A stretch of 56,009 nucleotides of DNA, the filler included, from Sphacelaria rigidula (Eukaryota): NCBI GenBank assembly GCA_964200075.2. It is 5 parts of 5 records of this genome, joined end to end, with 100 filler letters (N's around TTAATTAATTAA, not from the genome) between each part and the next. Parts side by side here need not be neighbours in the genome. Positions count along the whole stretch, not along the records: positions 33,668 to 44,788 come from CAXNAA020005358.1; positions 44,889 to 56,009 come from CAXNAA020005359.1; 3 more parts are not named here. One strand, given 5' to 3'. The notes below the pieces were generated by a model. It ran no database searches, was not told the DNA's origin, and saw only the letters and a program-made list of their open reading frames with translations. Position numbers and translations under genes: made by a program. This document shows, piece by piece, positions 35,891 through 48,168 of the stretch (positions are counted from its first letter, which is position 1; the number at the start of each line of letters is the position of its first letter).

Positions 35891-38618
35891 AGGGGGATAG
35901 AACAAGACAGAGAGATCGAAGAACAACCAGAGAACATGAATCCAGCATCATCATTAACCCTTTTGGAACCGTTGATGGAAAAGTGGTGATTTACATTTGA
36001 CGTTTTCTTGCGCAAGATATGGATGTTGGTTGTCTTTCTGCAACTGTTGATGATGCAGCCTACCAAGGCGGTGCACCACTCTAAGTGCAAGTATTTTGAT
36101 GGGACAGACTCGTGCACCCAGGTCGAAGTGACGTTTTCCCGGTGACGGAAGATCGCATATGGGAGTTTGTACTGTTTTTCGCGAGTTCCGAAAGCGTTAA
36201 CTAATTCAAATGGTGCAAGCGCAAACGATGCAACTATTACGACACCAGCCCGGAAAACTCTTCAGTTGCGTGACTCCACGTGATGTCTGGAACTAACAGA
36301 TTACAGCAATATGCTCACCTTACCGTGACTCTGTGCCGATGAAAATATACTCCAACCTTCTATACTTTGTCGTTTTGACCGGCCTAGCTAATGCTGTTTG
36401 CCCGCTGCTGGACTTTAGGTTGCTGATCACTGCCGGTGAGATTTTCAGATGGATCAAGTCAATCGATCCGCGACGGCTGTCTCAAGAATCAACACCCGAC
36501 GCAACGCGGATATCGAACAGGGTTCCGAGGAATCGCCCAATTATACTGAGAACCACATCACCACCGTTGGTGTGTGTATATTTCACCACCTGTAATGCGT
36601 TGGATCCTCGATCCGCTGCAGTGCATAGGCGACCCGATATTTCCAAATTGAGACACTTGTCCCCTCTCATCTGCCGCTTCTTCCGAGGATTGAGCAGTAG
36701 GTACCCATATCCTTGAACATTTCGAGTTGGTGGCCTTCGGACCACGCTTAGACCGCAGCAGTTGGCGGATGATTTGCGTTCTAGGCTGAAGTATATACCA
36801 CTAACTCGGTGGTCCGAAATCAAGTCAAAACTCGCTGCTGAGCGACACTGATTGGTTTCGGTTTGGTTTCGTGGAAAGTATTCGCTTCCTTTTCTGCAAA
36901 CATTGTCGCGCCTACACATCACGTGAGTTGGCCCGGCCTCCCGCAACTATGTGTGTAAGCAAACTTCGGGCACTTCCTCCGATAGGGGGCACGACAAAGT
37001 ATCCTGGTGGTGTGCCGTGAGTTTCGATGGAAAATTGCGCAAAGCAACAGCGCGTGATACATATCGCTTTCACTCCTACCGCCTAGATTGTTCAGCACTG
37101 AGTGAGTGTTTCTGTGTGTGTAAAATGTACATACATGCGCAAGTAATGCCGCGATAGCCCCTCCCCCCGGAAGAGTGGCTGGTTTGAGGAGGCAAAATAT
37201 TCATGTGACAACAATGACAAGAGCCAAGCACACCGAGTGGCTGAGAACTCCCATGCCTGCGGTCGTTTTTGCTAGTGATTGATCGATTGGTTATCGCACT
37301 TTAAGTGACCCCAGGGATCCAGCCTTGGCTAATGTCATTGTGCGTCGTGCTGTCCGAAACCAGCTATCGTGCGCCGTACCGCCATTTTCTTCGTGGCAGA
37401 TTTCGGGCTGTTTTCTTTTGGGCGGGAAGCATCACCACGTGTACTGAAGCTGGATGGTGCATGTCTACTTTGTACTTGGCGACCGCAGGTCTGCGAAGCA
37501 ACCATGTGATGAGTTCGAGAAAACGTTACGCGTACATGTTTACGAAACTGTATCACGCGACACCGCAAACCCAGATCCAAGAATCATAGCATTGGTCAGC
37601 TACAGCACATACGCGGTGGGCGTGAGGTCATTTCTTTGGCCCTGCTCAGAGAAGATGAACGAGACCACGCCCCCTACCCCAAAACCTACCCGCTGCGTAT
37701 TGTCGTAAACACACTCCGACAGGCGAGAGGACATCAAGTACTTGCGGGGCACGCGTAGATATTCGTCATTTCTTCGCGAGCACATGGTGAGAGCGGGTTG
37801 CCTTCTGGGTCTGGTCGTACTGTCCAGTGCTCAGTCCTCTGTCTATCCAAACATTTTCTCAACAAACGCGGCCAGCCGTACTTAAGGTCGCACTACCTGT
37901 TGAGACTTCCCCGGTGTTGACAACTTAATTTGAGCTGAATGTACGTGAACGCATTAAGTGACGATGATGAGCACTGCAACACGTGGTTGCTCTCGATCTT
38001 CCACGCACGCCTGCGAGATGGAATTCGATGAAGAATGGTGCAGAAGTCTACATTTGTTCGGAAGTATTTTTTGAGGTTGAAAATGCGGTGAAACACGACC
38101 AGTGTGATAACATGGGCCACAGCAACAATTACTCTATGGCGTGGTGGAATGCGCAGCTACCCGACAGCCCTTGGAGAAGCTGTGTCGTCTAGCGGGCGGA
38201 AGGCAGGGTGCCATTGCAGTTTAGCACGTGCGATACAAAGAAGAGTGCGCGTGTCACAAGAATCACGTATTGCAAAAACGAGCAACAGCAGAACGTCGGG
38301 GAAGCCCTCGTCCTCCAACAACACCTTTTCATTGTAGATACAAAATACGACGGGGCTCCTCCAGCGGCAAGCCTTACGTACGCGGCAAAAGACACGGCAA
38401 CAAATCAGTATCTTGAATACCCAGTGCAACAAAATAATAGTATCTTGAACACCCAGTGCAGTTTTATTCAGGCCGGATATGCACTGTTGTGCTAGGCCAT
38501 ATGCGGAAGCGGTAGCAACAGTATCGAAGTCTGGGTATTCGGTATATCCGATGACACCCCCTCGGGCAGCGGGGAAAAAACTGGCGCTACGCCCAAGGTC
38601 CATTTTTATTAGAGGTAT

Positions 38619-38710
38619 CTTAAACTCGGCTCCCGCTATCCTGTTTTGTCATATTTTTCAAGTGAAAGTGATCGCGATTCATAGAAGGACCTGACCTGGC
38701 GGTCATAGGG
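38619..38710 (-). mobile_element. Degenerate ~100-bp piggyBac-like MITE
   Basis: tttttcaagtgaaagtgatcgcgattc..ggcggtcataggg resembles the reversed family core. Confidence 0.4.
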
Positions 38711-38816
38711 TCTCATCATCCAAAATATAGCGGTCAATTTCACCTGAAAAAATAGAACAACACAAAGCAAGACAGAAGATCTTCGACAATAATAGGCCGT
38801 TAGAAGCCCTCTGTAA

Positions 38817-39020
38817 TAATGCGTGATGAGCGGACCGGGTGCTTCTTGAACCGCATCGGAATTCATACCACCCCGGAACCGGCACTTTTCAAGACCGCTT
38901 TGGCCAGTCCCTTCAGGGACCGCGCCCCTGACCCTAACCCTAGCCCTAAGTCTAACCCTAACCAGAGGGGTGTTGAAACTCCGATGCAGTCCAGAAAGCA
39001 CGCGGTCCGCTCACGCATTC
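38817..39020 (-). mobile_element. Telomere-repeat-bearing MITE, copy 4 (inverted)
   Basis: Same TIRs; internal ccctaaccctagccctaagtctaaccctaacc next to gtcccttcagggac. Confidence 0.88.
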
Positions 39021-39612
39021 AGACTACACTTCCCTAAATTTGAGACCTCATCATGCAGGGCTCATGCTGCGATCTTTCCACGGGGTTTTGTACAGTCGGT
39101 ATTTCATATGTGTAAGCTGCTGTATTTCGGGAGGGCCGGTCGATCACGCCCTCGCCTTCCCGACTTCCCCCCGTTTCGCAGAGAGGTTGCGAGAAAGATT
39201 TTTATCGCAGTTGTGAACTGCGTACACGCGCAGGCATCATCCTATATCCTTCATTTTGCGGGTAAAGGCAATCAAATGACCAGATCGGCACAATGTCTTC
39301 AAGACTATATCTTACGGCAGCTAATCCGTAATTATTTAATTGTTCGATACTTTCCACGTTATCCCCCCCCAAACATGTGGCTGGTTTGGGGAGGCAAAAT
39401 CTACACGTATATCGAAGTAAGAATAGCCGAGCACAACGAGCAGCTGGGGATTCCCACGCCTGAGTTTGTTTTCGCCAATGCTGCCCACATGAGGCGCTTC
39501 ATGCAGCCTGAAACCAAGCATCAGGTACGAGTGCTGTATGGCCGTCTTTTTGGCGATAGCCTTTAGCTGGTTTTGGGGGAGGGGGTGCCGTAGAAAGTGT
39601 TTTTTGTACAAG

Positions 39613-39899
39613 TATCAGCATTTCACCACGTCTACAGACGATTTTCTCACGTGGATTGATTTTTCGGACCCCAGTCGATTGAGCAATGTTTTTCGGATAG
39701 CTCTGAGGAAACCCCGATTCGGGGGAGATGCGGGAGTCTCCCGATCTGAGCAGAAAGGTGATGAGCCTAAAGTCAACGTCCAGAGAATTGGACAATTGAT
39801 CTTACTTATAGCTAGGCGAAAAACATTGCCCAACCGACTCGGGTCCGAGAAATCAATCCAAGGGAGAAAATCGTCTGTAGACGGGCTGAAATCCTCATA
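39613..39899. mobile_element. MITE with ~85-bp TIRs and probable TA target site
   Basis: cgtctacagacgattttctc..aatgtttttcg pairs with cgaaaaacattg..gagaaaatcgtctgtagacg. Confidence 0.85.
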
Positions 39900-40789
39900 T
39901 CTATAGAGATACAGAGTGGTTGCCATAAAAAGTGGTTCAAAGATATCCGACAGCAGCGCCAGATCTTCGATAATAATAGAGTCGTTGTCTCTGTACGGTG
40001 TAGGAATTACGAGACATGGGGTTTGATCAACGAGAAGATATTGGCCCAGACTCTTGAGCAGATGGGTATCTTCTCCTCGACCAGACGACTAATAAGATAT
40101 GCGGATCACGGCCCAATTCGTCTGTATCGATGAGTTATTGCTTTGAGAGCTCAAGTCCGCGCCCAAGCGGGCCCAGCTACTACAGTAATCAGCTACGAAA
40201 TGTAGATGGTTGAGGGTGACATGTGCGGCGGAATTAGACAAAAAAAAAACAGCCGAAAAAAATTTTCGGTCACAGTCGGCTATGCCGTGTGTTGCGATTG
40301 TACAACAACACATGTCGTCCTAGGCGCGTAGTGTCTAAGATTGCACGCAGATGCGTCCCCAAGCGCGCCAAGGCGTCTGGTTGTCGTGTGCGAACCGACA
40401 AACAGTTTGTGAAGATCTCTGTGCCGAGAGTAGAGGACGACGAGACAAAAGCGAAGTTCCGGCTGAGGTTGTTGTAGTCTACATTCAACGGCACGAAGGG
40501 CAAATCAAGAGGTCGAAGTGGGTCGCCTCTCGCAACGAGGCGGAAGAAGCTACAGAGTACTGACGACTGAGCCGAGGATACGGGTTTCGTGATGAGCTCC
40601 ACCTCCTTGACGACTTTGCTTCGAACTGTACACTCCAAGAGGAAGGCAGCAGCACCATCCGTCAGGCTCCCCCCAGGCGAGTTTTGAAAAGATGTGTATC
40701 CTGGCCCATCATTTTCGAACAGCATGCATCTTGGGTTTATTTCCGTGATGCTGGGGTCACGGTCACGTATGATCGCAGTACAAGCAGCA

Positions 40790-41580
40790 CAACACCGTAC
40801 ACTGCAGTGCACTTCACTGCACTGTCATGTACTGTACCTTACTGTACTGTGCCGCACGAATCTTGGATGCTTGCACAAGCATGCGCTGTACCAGTTCGGT
40901 AATGTGTACCGTACAAGTAGCTGACGGGGTATAACACCCCCGGTCCAAAGTTGTACATGCAGGTTGCAGCGATACGTAGCGCATACCTCACTATGCAGTA
41001 CGGCATCGTACGGTACTGCACGGTATGATGTGGTAAAAAATAGCATCACACCACACTTATATTGATTTACATCCCTGTGAAAGTACAAGTCGAACGAAAA
41101 TATCCGATGCTCGGCCGGGGTCGTGCAGTACAACACCGTACAGCACCATCAGTCACTACTGCACCGTTCTGTCCACTTTGAACAGTGTCGTGCAGTACAA
41201 GTACGTGTCCAGTACCGTGCATGTTGTACTGCTCTCTACTGTACCGTACAGGCTTTGGATGCTTGCACGAGCATGCGTTAGGTCAGTTTAGCAACGTGGA
41301 CCGTAGCTGACGGGGTACAACACCCCCCGATCCAAACTTGTGCATGCAATTCGAAGCGATGCGTAGTACGTACCGTGCTGTGCAGTACGGTACCGCACGT
41401 TCCTGCACGGTATAGGACGGTACAGTACAGCACCATAACGTACTTGTGTTGATTCGTATCCCCACCAAAGTACAAACCAATCAAAAATTTGCGATGCTTG
41501 GCCAGGTTAAACAACACCGTACCGAATCCTTCAGTCACGACTGCACCGTTCCGTCCGATTTGTACAGTGATTCACAGTAT
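40790..41580. repeat. Diverged tandem repeat, ~393-bp period, rich in CAGTAC/GTACTG
   Basis: ttggatgcttgcac(a/g)agcatgcg at ~40863 and ~41255; gtagctgacggggta and other blocks recur in the same order. Confidence 0.8.
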
Positions 41581-41899
41581 CGACAAGATGAGTACAGTAC
41601 ATCAGAGTACCGTGCAGTGCACATAATGTGCTGCGCGGCACGGTGACTCGGCCATCATCAGTGGACTTGTCAAACACAAATCGGCGGTGTGCACGAAATC
41701 AGTTGAGTGACGCGAATACCTCACGTGTCGGAGTTCAATACGCCCAGGTCAATATTTGACATGTAGATAACGACTCGTAGCGCATACCGAGCTATACGGT
41801 GTGGAACTGTACAGCGGGATCTTGTGCCTCATCTGCACCCTTCTTGATGTGTCCACGGAGGAATCATCGAGCGTTCCCGTAAATGTATCCTTTGTTGCC

Positions 41900-42426
41900 T
41901 CCTCCCTACCATCGCGTATGAAATCCGCAACCCACAGGTGGAGCAGGTTTGGTGGGAGCGTGTGCGGTGTCATGTGGATCACGCCAGAAGCCCCGGAGGA
42001 GCGAGGTTTTGATCCTGTCCTCCCCAACGTACGTGACGTCAAGCACGAGAGAACGGCTCCACAGCACACGGTGGAGAGTCGGGGCAACAACCTCCTCCTG
42101 TCGCCCGAATACCATCTGAACGTTGCGGGGGTGGGGATCGCATACCCTCGCAGTATTTCCAAGCCCAAGTTCCGGCGAGAGATCAACGATGAGGTGCCGA
42201 AGAATGTTCATGCAAACATGATGAAATCCATGTGCAAGGAAACCATCCCGACCACATGAAGGGTGCGCCGCTTTGCCCGCCGCGCGCGAGACCACTGCCG
42301 GGCATACTTTGCGGCAGCAGTTGGCAACGCGATGGGATCGAAGCATCTGATCGAGACGATGCGCAAGGTTTGCGAGGTGCACTGCAACACCCTGGACATG
42401 GAGCCATCTTGGATCGACAAGCGATA
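41900..42426 (+). pseudogene. C-terminal remnant of an IS630/Tc1-mariner-like DDE transposase
   Basis: QVWWER (shifted frame)..DVKHERTAPQHTVESRGNNLLLSPEYHLNVAGVGIAY..SKPKFRR..*RVRRFARRARDHCRAY resembles the motif series VLxERG..DF..E..RGH....PK(Y/F)H.E...IE..W..RRFARR..Y; the catalytic E is lost and there is a stop and a frameshift. Confidence 0.7.
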
Positions 42427-42589
42427 GTGTGGGGACCGACGACGGTGGGGGGCAGGGTTATAGTATATCGTGCAGAATCCTTTGTGGTTGTTTAACTTGA
42501 TGCGTTGTTCTATGTTTCTTTCCCGCTCGTTTCCCTCGACCGATGTGTTGTGACCACTTGTATTTTCGTACGATGGAGGCAACGTTTCA

Positions 42590-42920
42590 TTTGTGGCTTG
42601 GCTATCGTGACTGGTCGTGTGATTTTGGGAGTACTATTCTGTGACAGAGATATACTTGCCCTGGTTGAATTCAGTGGTGGCCTGATTTGCTCGACCTTGT
42701 CAAAAATACTTTCACCTTCTTGCCGTCGATTGTTCTGGTGTAACATACATAATATTTGAATGTTTGCGGCAGAGTATCATGTGTGGTTCGGCGGTTGTAG
42801 TTGTGTGATTGTGAGTACCATGGCGTGTCTGAGAAATCCTTGCGCTCGTTGTATTTAGTGGCGGCTTGATTTTCTCGACTTTCCTTGTGTTGGTATTCTC
42901 ACGCCGTTTTTGCCCGCACG
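42590..42920. repeat. Diverged direct repeat, ~190-bp period
   Basis: agtggtggcctgatttgctcgac at ~42674 versus agtggcggcttgattttctcgac at ~42857. Confidence 0.55.
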
Positions 42921-44350
42921 TGTAGAGTGAGTAATTGAGCAAGACTTGAACGAGTCGGCGGTGCTCACTTTTTGTCCCAGTTCACTAGCCCCGCGCCAAC
43001 GTTCGCGTGATATTGAGCTAACGATGATGCCTGCCGATTGATGACCCCCTTTGTCCAAACGTTTGTCCTGGCAACGGTCTGTTGTATTGGACGATATTTA
43101 TCGATATTTTTCTACCCCTGCTCCCGTAGAAGAGAATAAGTTTTGTTCAGGGTACGATATCTTCTGCGTGTGCTCGCACGTGGTCATCACCAGCCCTGAA
43201 CCCAATGAACTCTAGCATGGTTTTCGAGGCAATTTCGATGCGATATGCTGAACTCGTACAAGGATTTTGCCTATTTCCACACGGGAACCAATTTGTCGAT
43301 CGACGGCACAGATCGAATTCATCCACAGCTCGAATTCCAGCACGAATAAAAGTGGATGTGTATGACACTGATCGATTTTTTTCCATCTCAGCAAGAAGTT
43401 CAACAAACCAGAAGCACTCCCGCCTGAAGCCGTAGCGGATTTTGCTCGTATACCATATACCCATCAGGGAGTCTGTTTCGCACATCTTCATACAGGAACC
43501 GGCTTTCGACAGAAAAGCGGGATCGCGCTGCTCAATTTTGGGTCGTTTACTGTGAAATTTTGACACAATGTACATGAGGTATGTGCAAAGCCCCTATTTC
43601 CCCCCCATTTCCCCCTTTTGTTTCCCTTAGCACTCGAAAGTTCTACGGTCGATAGATATTGGGAAAAGAAGAAGGTCATGCTCAGGACAATCCTTAATGG
43701 GTGTTTTCAAATTGTTACGGGGCAAGTATCGCGTTTATCAGGCGGGTATTATCGACTGCCAATGATCTACAAACACACAATTTTCGGGTCTAGCACGATG
43801 ATTAGGCAAACATTGAGAAGAACCATTCCTTTTCACTCGTTCACGAGAACAATCAGGACTGCTTCAATCAAGCATGCGTACCCACGGCCAGAACCTGGGG
43901 TTGGGTAGTCGCGAGACCTCCGAAAATCGATCAGGCCGTTTGTCGTTCAATGTTGAGTGCGAAGGTGATTTTGAATCGGAATTTGGAGCGGATGCCTAGT
44001 GTGCCCCGATCCCCAAACTTTGGAATCGAACGTTCGTTGGGATAAGCGGTGGCATGCGAAAGCACTTTCGGAAAATGTCGACTACGAAAAAATTGCAAGA
44101 ATCCCTTATTTTGGCTGAGCACTACCGTACAACGAGGCTTTGCAATTTTTCCACCTCGGAAAGTCTTGCCGTATTTCCCGAAAGGATTCCGGCGCCCTTC
44201 CCGACGTTTTGTAGTGCACCGACTTCGACTTTTGGCCAAACGAAGCGATTTGTCAAACAGCTCACAGAAACGTTAGAGGTATACCCAAAAAACATATACC
44301 GACGATCTCAGACAACCATGGTATCGATAGTACCAGTGTAGTGCATGGGA

Positions 44351-44401
44351 GGCCAGTCCCTGCAGTGACCACGCCACTGACTCTAAGCCTAACACTAATC
44401 C
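44351..44401 (-). repeat. Telomere-cassette core without the MITE TIRs
   Basis: ggccagtccctgcagtgaccacgccactgactctaagcctaacactaatcc aligns to the interior of copy 4. Confidence 0.65.
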
Positions 44402-44788
44402 ATGCTACGAATGCTTTGAAAAAGACATGTTCAAGACTGATTGTACGTGAGCTTTGAACTTGTTCGGGGACGGTAGGGTATTTATCATATGTAGTACCTC
44501 CAGACAGCTTCATAACCCCCCCACCTACCGCTGCTGTCTCTTACCTGCTCCTCATGCTTCTGTGTTGCCACTTCAGCAGTGAAACGGCTTAAAAAATGTC
44601 ATCGGCTAGGCGTGGAGTAAAGCGGAAAGTTATTTCCGACCAAGCGCAGGCAACGGGCCGGGCAAACAAAGCGGAGGACGTACCAACGTAAGGAAGGAAA
44701 GTTTGGGGCCAGATAAACTTGCTGAACTCTTAACAACAAATTGTGAGAATTGAGGTTTAACTTCGAGATGAGGCTCAAGCCTAAAACA

Positions 44789-44888
44789 NNNNNNNNNNNN
44801 NNNNNNNNNNNNNNNNNNNNNNNNNNNNNNNNTTAATTAATTAANNNNNNNNNNNNNNNNNNNNNNNNNNNNNNNNNNNNNNNNNNNN
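44789..44888. other. Artificial contig linker
   Basis: N44-TTAATTAATTAA-N44. Confidence 0.98.
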
Positions 44889-45230
44889 TCTTTATCTTTT
44901 ATAAATCGTCATTGGGCTGAAGAGTGGTTCGTAGACCCGCAATCGCATCACCCTATAGCCTTCTATTCAGGGTCATCATCCACCCTGTAACACCCCAACC
45001 GTCCCCAAGCATCCAATCAGATAGTCCTAGCCAAAGGACATATTCTAGACTCTTGGCCCTCTCGCATCCACATCAACATCGTCTGTGCAATTCTCCTGCA
45101 TCAACCTGTGTGTATCAACCTCAAACCTGTGTGTATCAACCTCAAACCTGTCTGTGTCAACCCTCTACAGACTTGTCAAAGACTCCCCAGTGCGGTACTG
45201 CAGTCATATTCCACTATACCTCTGATAACA
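44889..45230 (-). repeat. Putative 3' LTR (partial), following a PPT at 45238-45231
   Basis: Minus strand reads aaaggggg|TGTTATC; contains a 21-bp tandem repeat (~45100-45162). No second LTR is present to confirm. Confidence 0.45.
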
Positions 45231-46189
45231 CCCCCTTTGACCCACATCACTGTATTTTGCCAGCTATGTTTCCATCTAGTGATCCACTGAAATCTGAGCT
45301 CACCACATCAGCCCATCCTGTGAACACAAAGTTTGATCATAGCCGGACCTCACTTTGTGCAAACAACATAGACCGGAACGAGCTCAGTTATTAACCCCCG
45401 ACCCGCTTGTTCGTACTTTCCCTGTAACTAACAAAGACACCCAACCCCGAACACCGACTGACTCCGGATATGTCCGCCTCCAAGGAGTGGGAAATCGACG
45501 GAGATGACGGCTCCGGCTCGATATCCAACTATGACGAAAAACTAAAACCAGCAGAAAACACTCGACGAGACTTCGGTATCACTGTCTAGATCCTACATGA
45601 GATATCACAAAACCAAGACAAAGACGAATGAAGACATTCCGAAAATTGAAGAAACATCTTATGTTGCTACGAGTTTCCAGAGCTACCGCCTCCGGACACA
45701 ACCGCTCGCAAGGAGTGGGGAAATCGGTAAAGCAGCGGTAGCTCCGGCTCCAAATTTCAATCCACCCAAGAGAAACTCCACGTGAAAACCACAAATGGAC
45801 ATGAGTCAAATTTTCTCCGAGCTCCAGCCATTACATCACTCATTCGCGTCGTCCTCCTGCTCGTTCTTGCATGCAGCTTCACGGCGCTCCAAACAGCTCT
45901 TGTCGCCGCGTTCCGGATAGCCCCCCCCTCCATGATTGCCCTTATCCCAACATCAAACTCGCACGTCCGCCACGTCTAGCTCCACCTCGATGTAATCCAG
46001 CCCTGTCATCCACATGCGCGGAATATTTGACGGTTCCGCCGCATGAGAATGTGCCCACCCCAGTTCCAGCACCAAACAAAATCCCTGCCCATTCACCAGC
46101 CATGCGCGAAATATTTAGCGGTTTTCCGCAGCATGTGAATGTGCTATCACTAGTCCCCCCGGTTGACCCCGGCTCTCATCGAGGGCGGC

Positions 46190-48168
46190 TCACTTCAGAT
46201 GTACCGCGTATTTACGCCCCAAATACATCATGCGGAGAGTGTGCGGACGCTCCCGCTGACCTGGGTTCTCCTCCAATCCCACCACCTCGGACAACTGCCA
46301 ACCTGCGGAAGCCGTTTTGAAATACACGTAAGCGCCCACAATGTCAGGGTTGTACACATCGAGCCCATCCTTCCGCCGTTCCGACACCTTATAACCCGGC
46401 GCCACGTAATATCCGCCCCGTTCGTGCGCTGATATGCGCCGCGGCAAGTGAATGCGGTATTTCCGGTATTGCGCATTGTCCCCTTCAACCTGCGTGGGTT
46501 CGCCCAACCAATACTTCGAAATTACCTGCCGGCCGTACTGTTCAAGGTCAGTTTCATGCTCCTACCTAGGAACACCCAAGCCGCCCCAATACGTCAGGTA
46601 TTGTACCGCTAGCTTACCACCCAAACCCCGCGACAACCTGTGTTTCACCAGTTTATCCGGCAAAATTCTGTGAGTATCCAACTCCATCGTGACGTCTCCC
46701 GCCGTGAGATGCAGAGGAGGCAACTGCTCAGAATATTTGTTCATCACATATTGACTGAGCCCCCAGGCAGAAATCTCAGTTTGTCCGGCCCCTCATGGGG
46801 GTTGTAACACCTCTTACACCTCGCCACTGACACCCCGGAATTCGTGTTTATCCCTGGCTCGTTTCGCCGAATCTCCAACAATAGTAGATTACTGCTCACC
46901 TGTTCACCCTCCGAGATTACCCCCGGTCCAACCAATAAAATTTTGTACGGCCCCGTCCAACACTGAGCCAGCCTCGCTGACAAAGCCGAAGACGTCCGGG
47001 CGGTACCCGACGTCACCTGCACCGCCTTACCCCCCGAGGCGATGGTGCTTCTGTCGTCATACACAAATGACCACTGCCCCGCTTACTATTTTGGCCGGCG
47101 GTTTGCCATTTCCTCAATACCCTGGTTCTTGGCTTCATGTTTTGCTTTGATAAAATAATCTTCTTGCCTCACCAACTCGTACGCCTCTACCTGTCGATAT
47201 CTCATCAGCTGGAGATAATCCAGCTGATCGGCCTTCAAACCCTGGTGCCCCCGCACCCCCCTACCCTCCAGAATGGTCATGGGCATGCGCAGGTAGCGTC
47301 CAATATGTACCTCATTTATTTGGAGGCAACCCGGTACCCCTACTGATGTTATTGTTGTGTGCTGAGATTGCATGCATTAGAGACTCATCCCAGTTGCTCT
47401 GATCGTCCACCACAAAAAATGACAGCATTTGACACGAGGTGTGATTCAACCGCTCCACCATCCCATTCGTCTGAGGGTGATACGAGCTTGTGAACCGCTT
47501 TACCGCACCCATCATTTTATACACCGACCTACACACCGCGGAAGTGAACTCCGCCCCTCGATCCGACAAGAAAGTGTGCGGGCAACCCCATCGTGGCACA
47601 TAGTCCCCCACTATGCCGCACACCCAGTAGCCGAGTGCTCTTCAAAGGTGATCGCGTGCCCCTCCGCGTGCCTACTAAACAGATCCACCATGAGGAAGAT
47701 GCGTCTGTTACCCCTCTTTATTTTTGGCAAAGGGCCCAGGAAATCAAAAGCTACCATTTACCCTGGCCGACTCGGTAGTGGTAGCGAGACTAAAGGCCAC
47801 CGCACCGTGTACCAATCAGATTTCTTGGCCTGGCATGAATAACAGCGTCGAATCCAGAATTTCACATTCTCTTTCATCCCTATCCACCAATAGTACCGTT
47901 GCAGAAGAGAGAGAGTCACTTTTGCCCCCAGATGCACCGCATCCTTTTGCGTTTGGGCCATTACCCAGGGCCTCAACAACAAGGGAACATAGGTTATCAC
48001 CGGTTCGTCTCCGGGGTATCGCTCAAAAATACCCGGGTTCCGATCCTCCCACCCCTCCGGCGCGACCGTCAGCTTTTTCACCAACAGTTTACCCCCGTCC
48101 GCCAACTCAAGCAACTCCCCTTGTTTTAACAACGCTCGGAGCTCCTTTTCGTCCATCCCGCTACCCAC
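46190..48168 (-). pseudogene. Gypsy integrase with chromodomain and extra C-terminal domain (disrupted)
   Basis: HLG..YYWW..CYSCQ zinc finger; DFLGP; LSDRGAEF; YHPQTNGMVERLN; WTGPYKI; QYLTYWGGLGVPR*EHETDLEQY. Confidence 0.9.
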
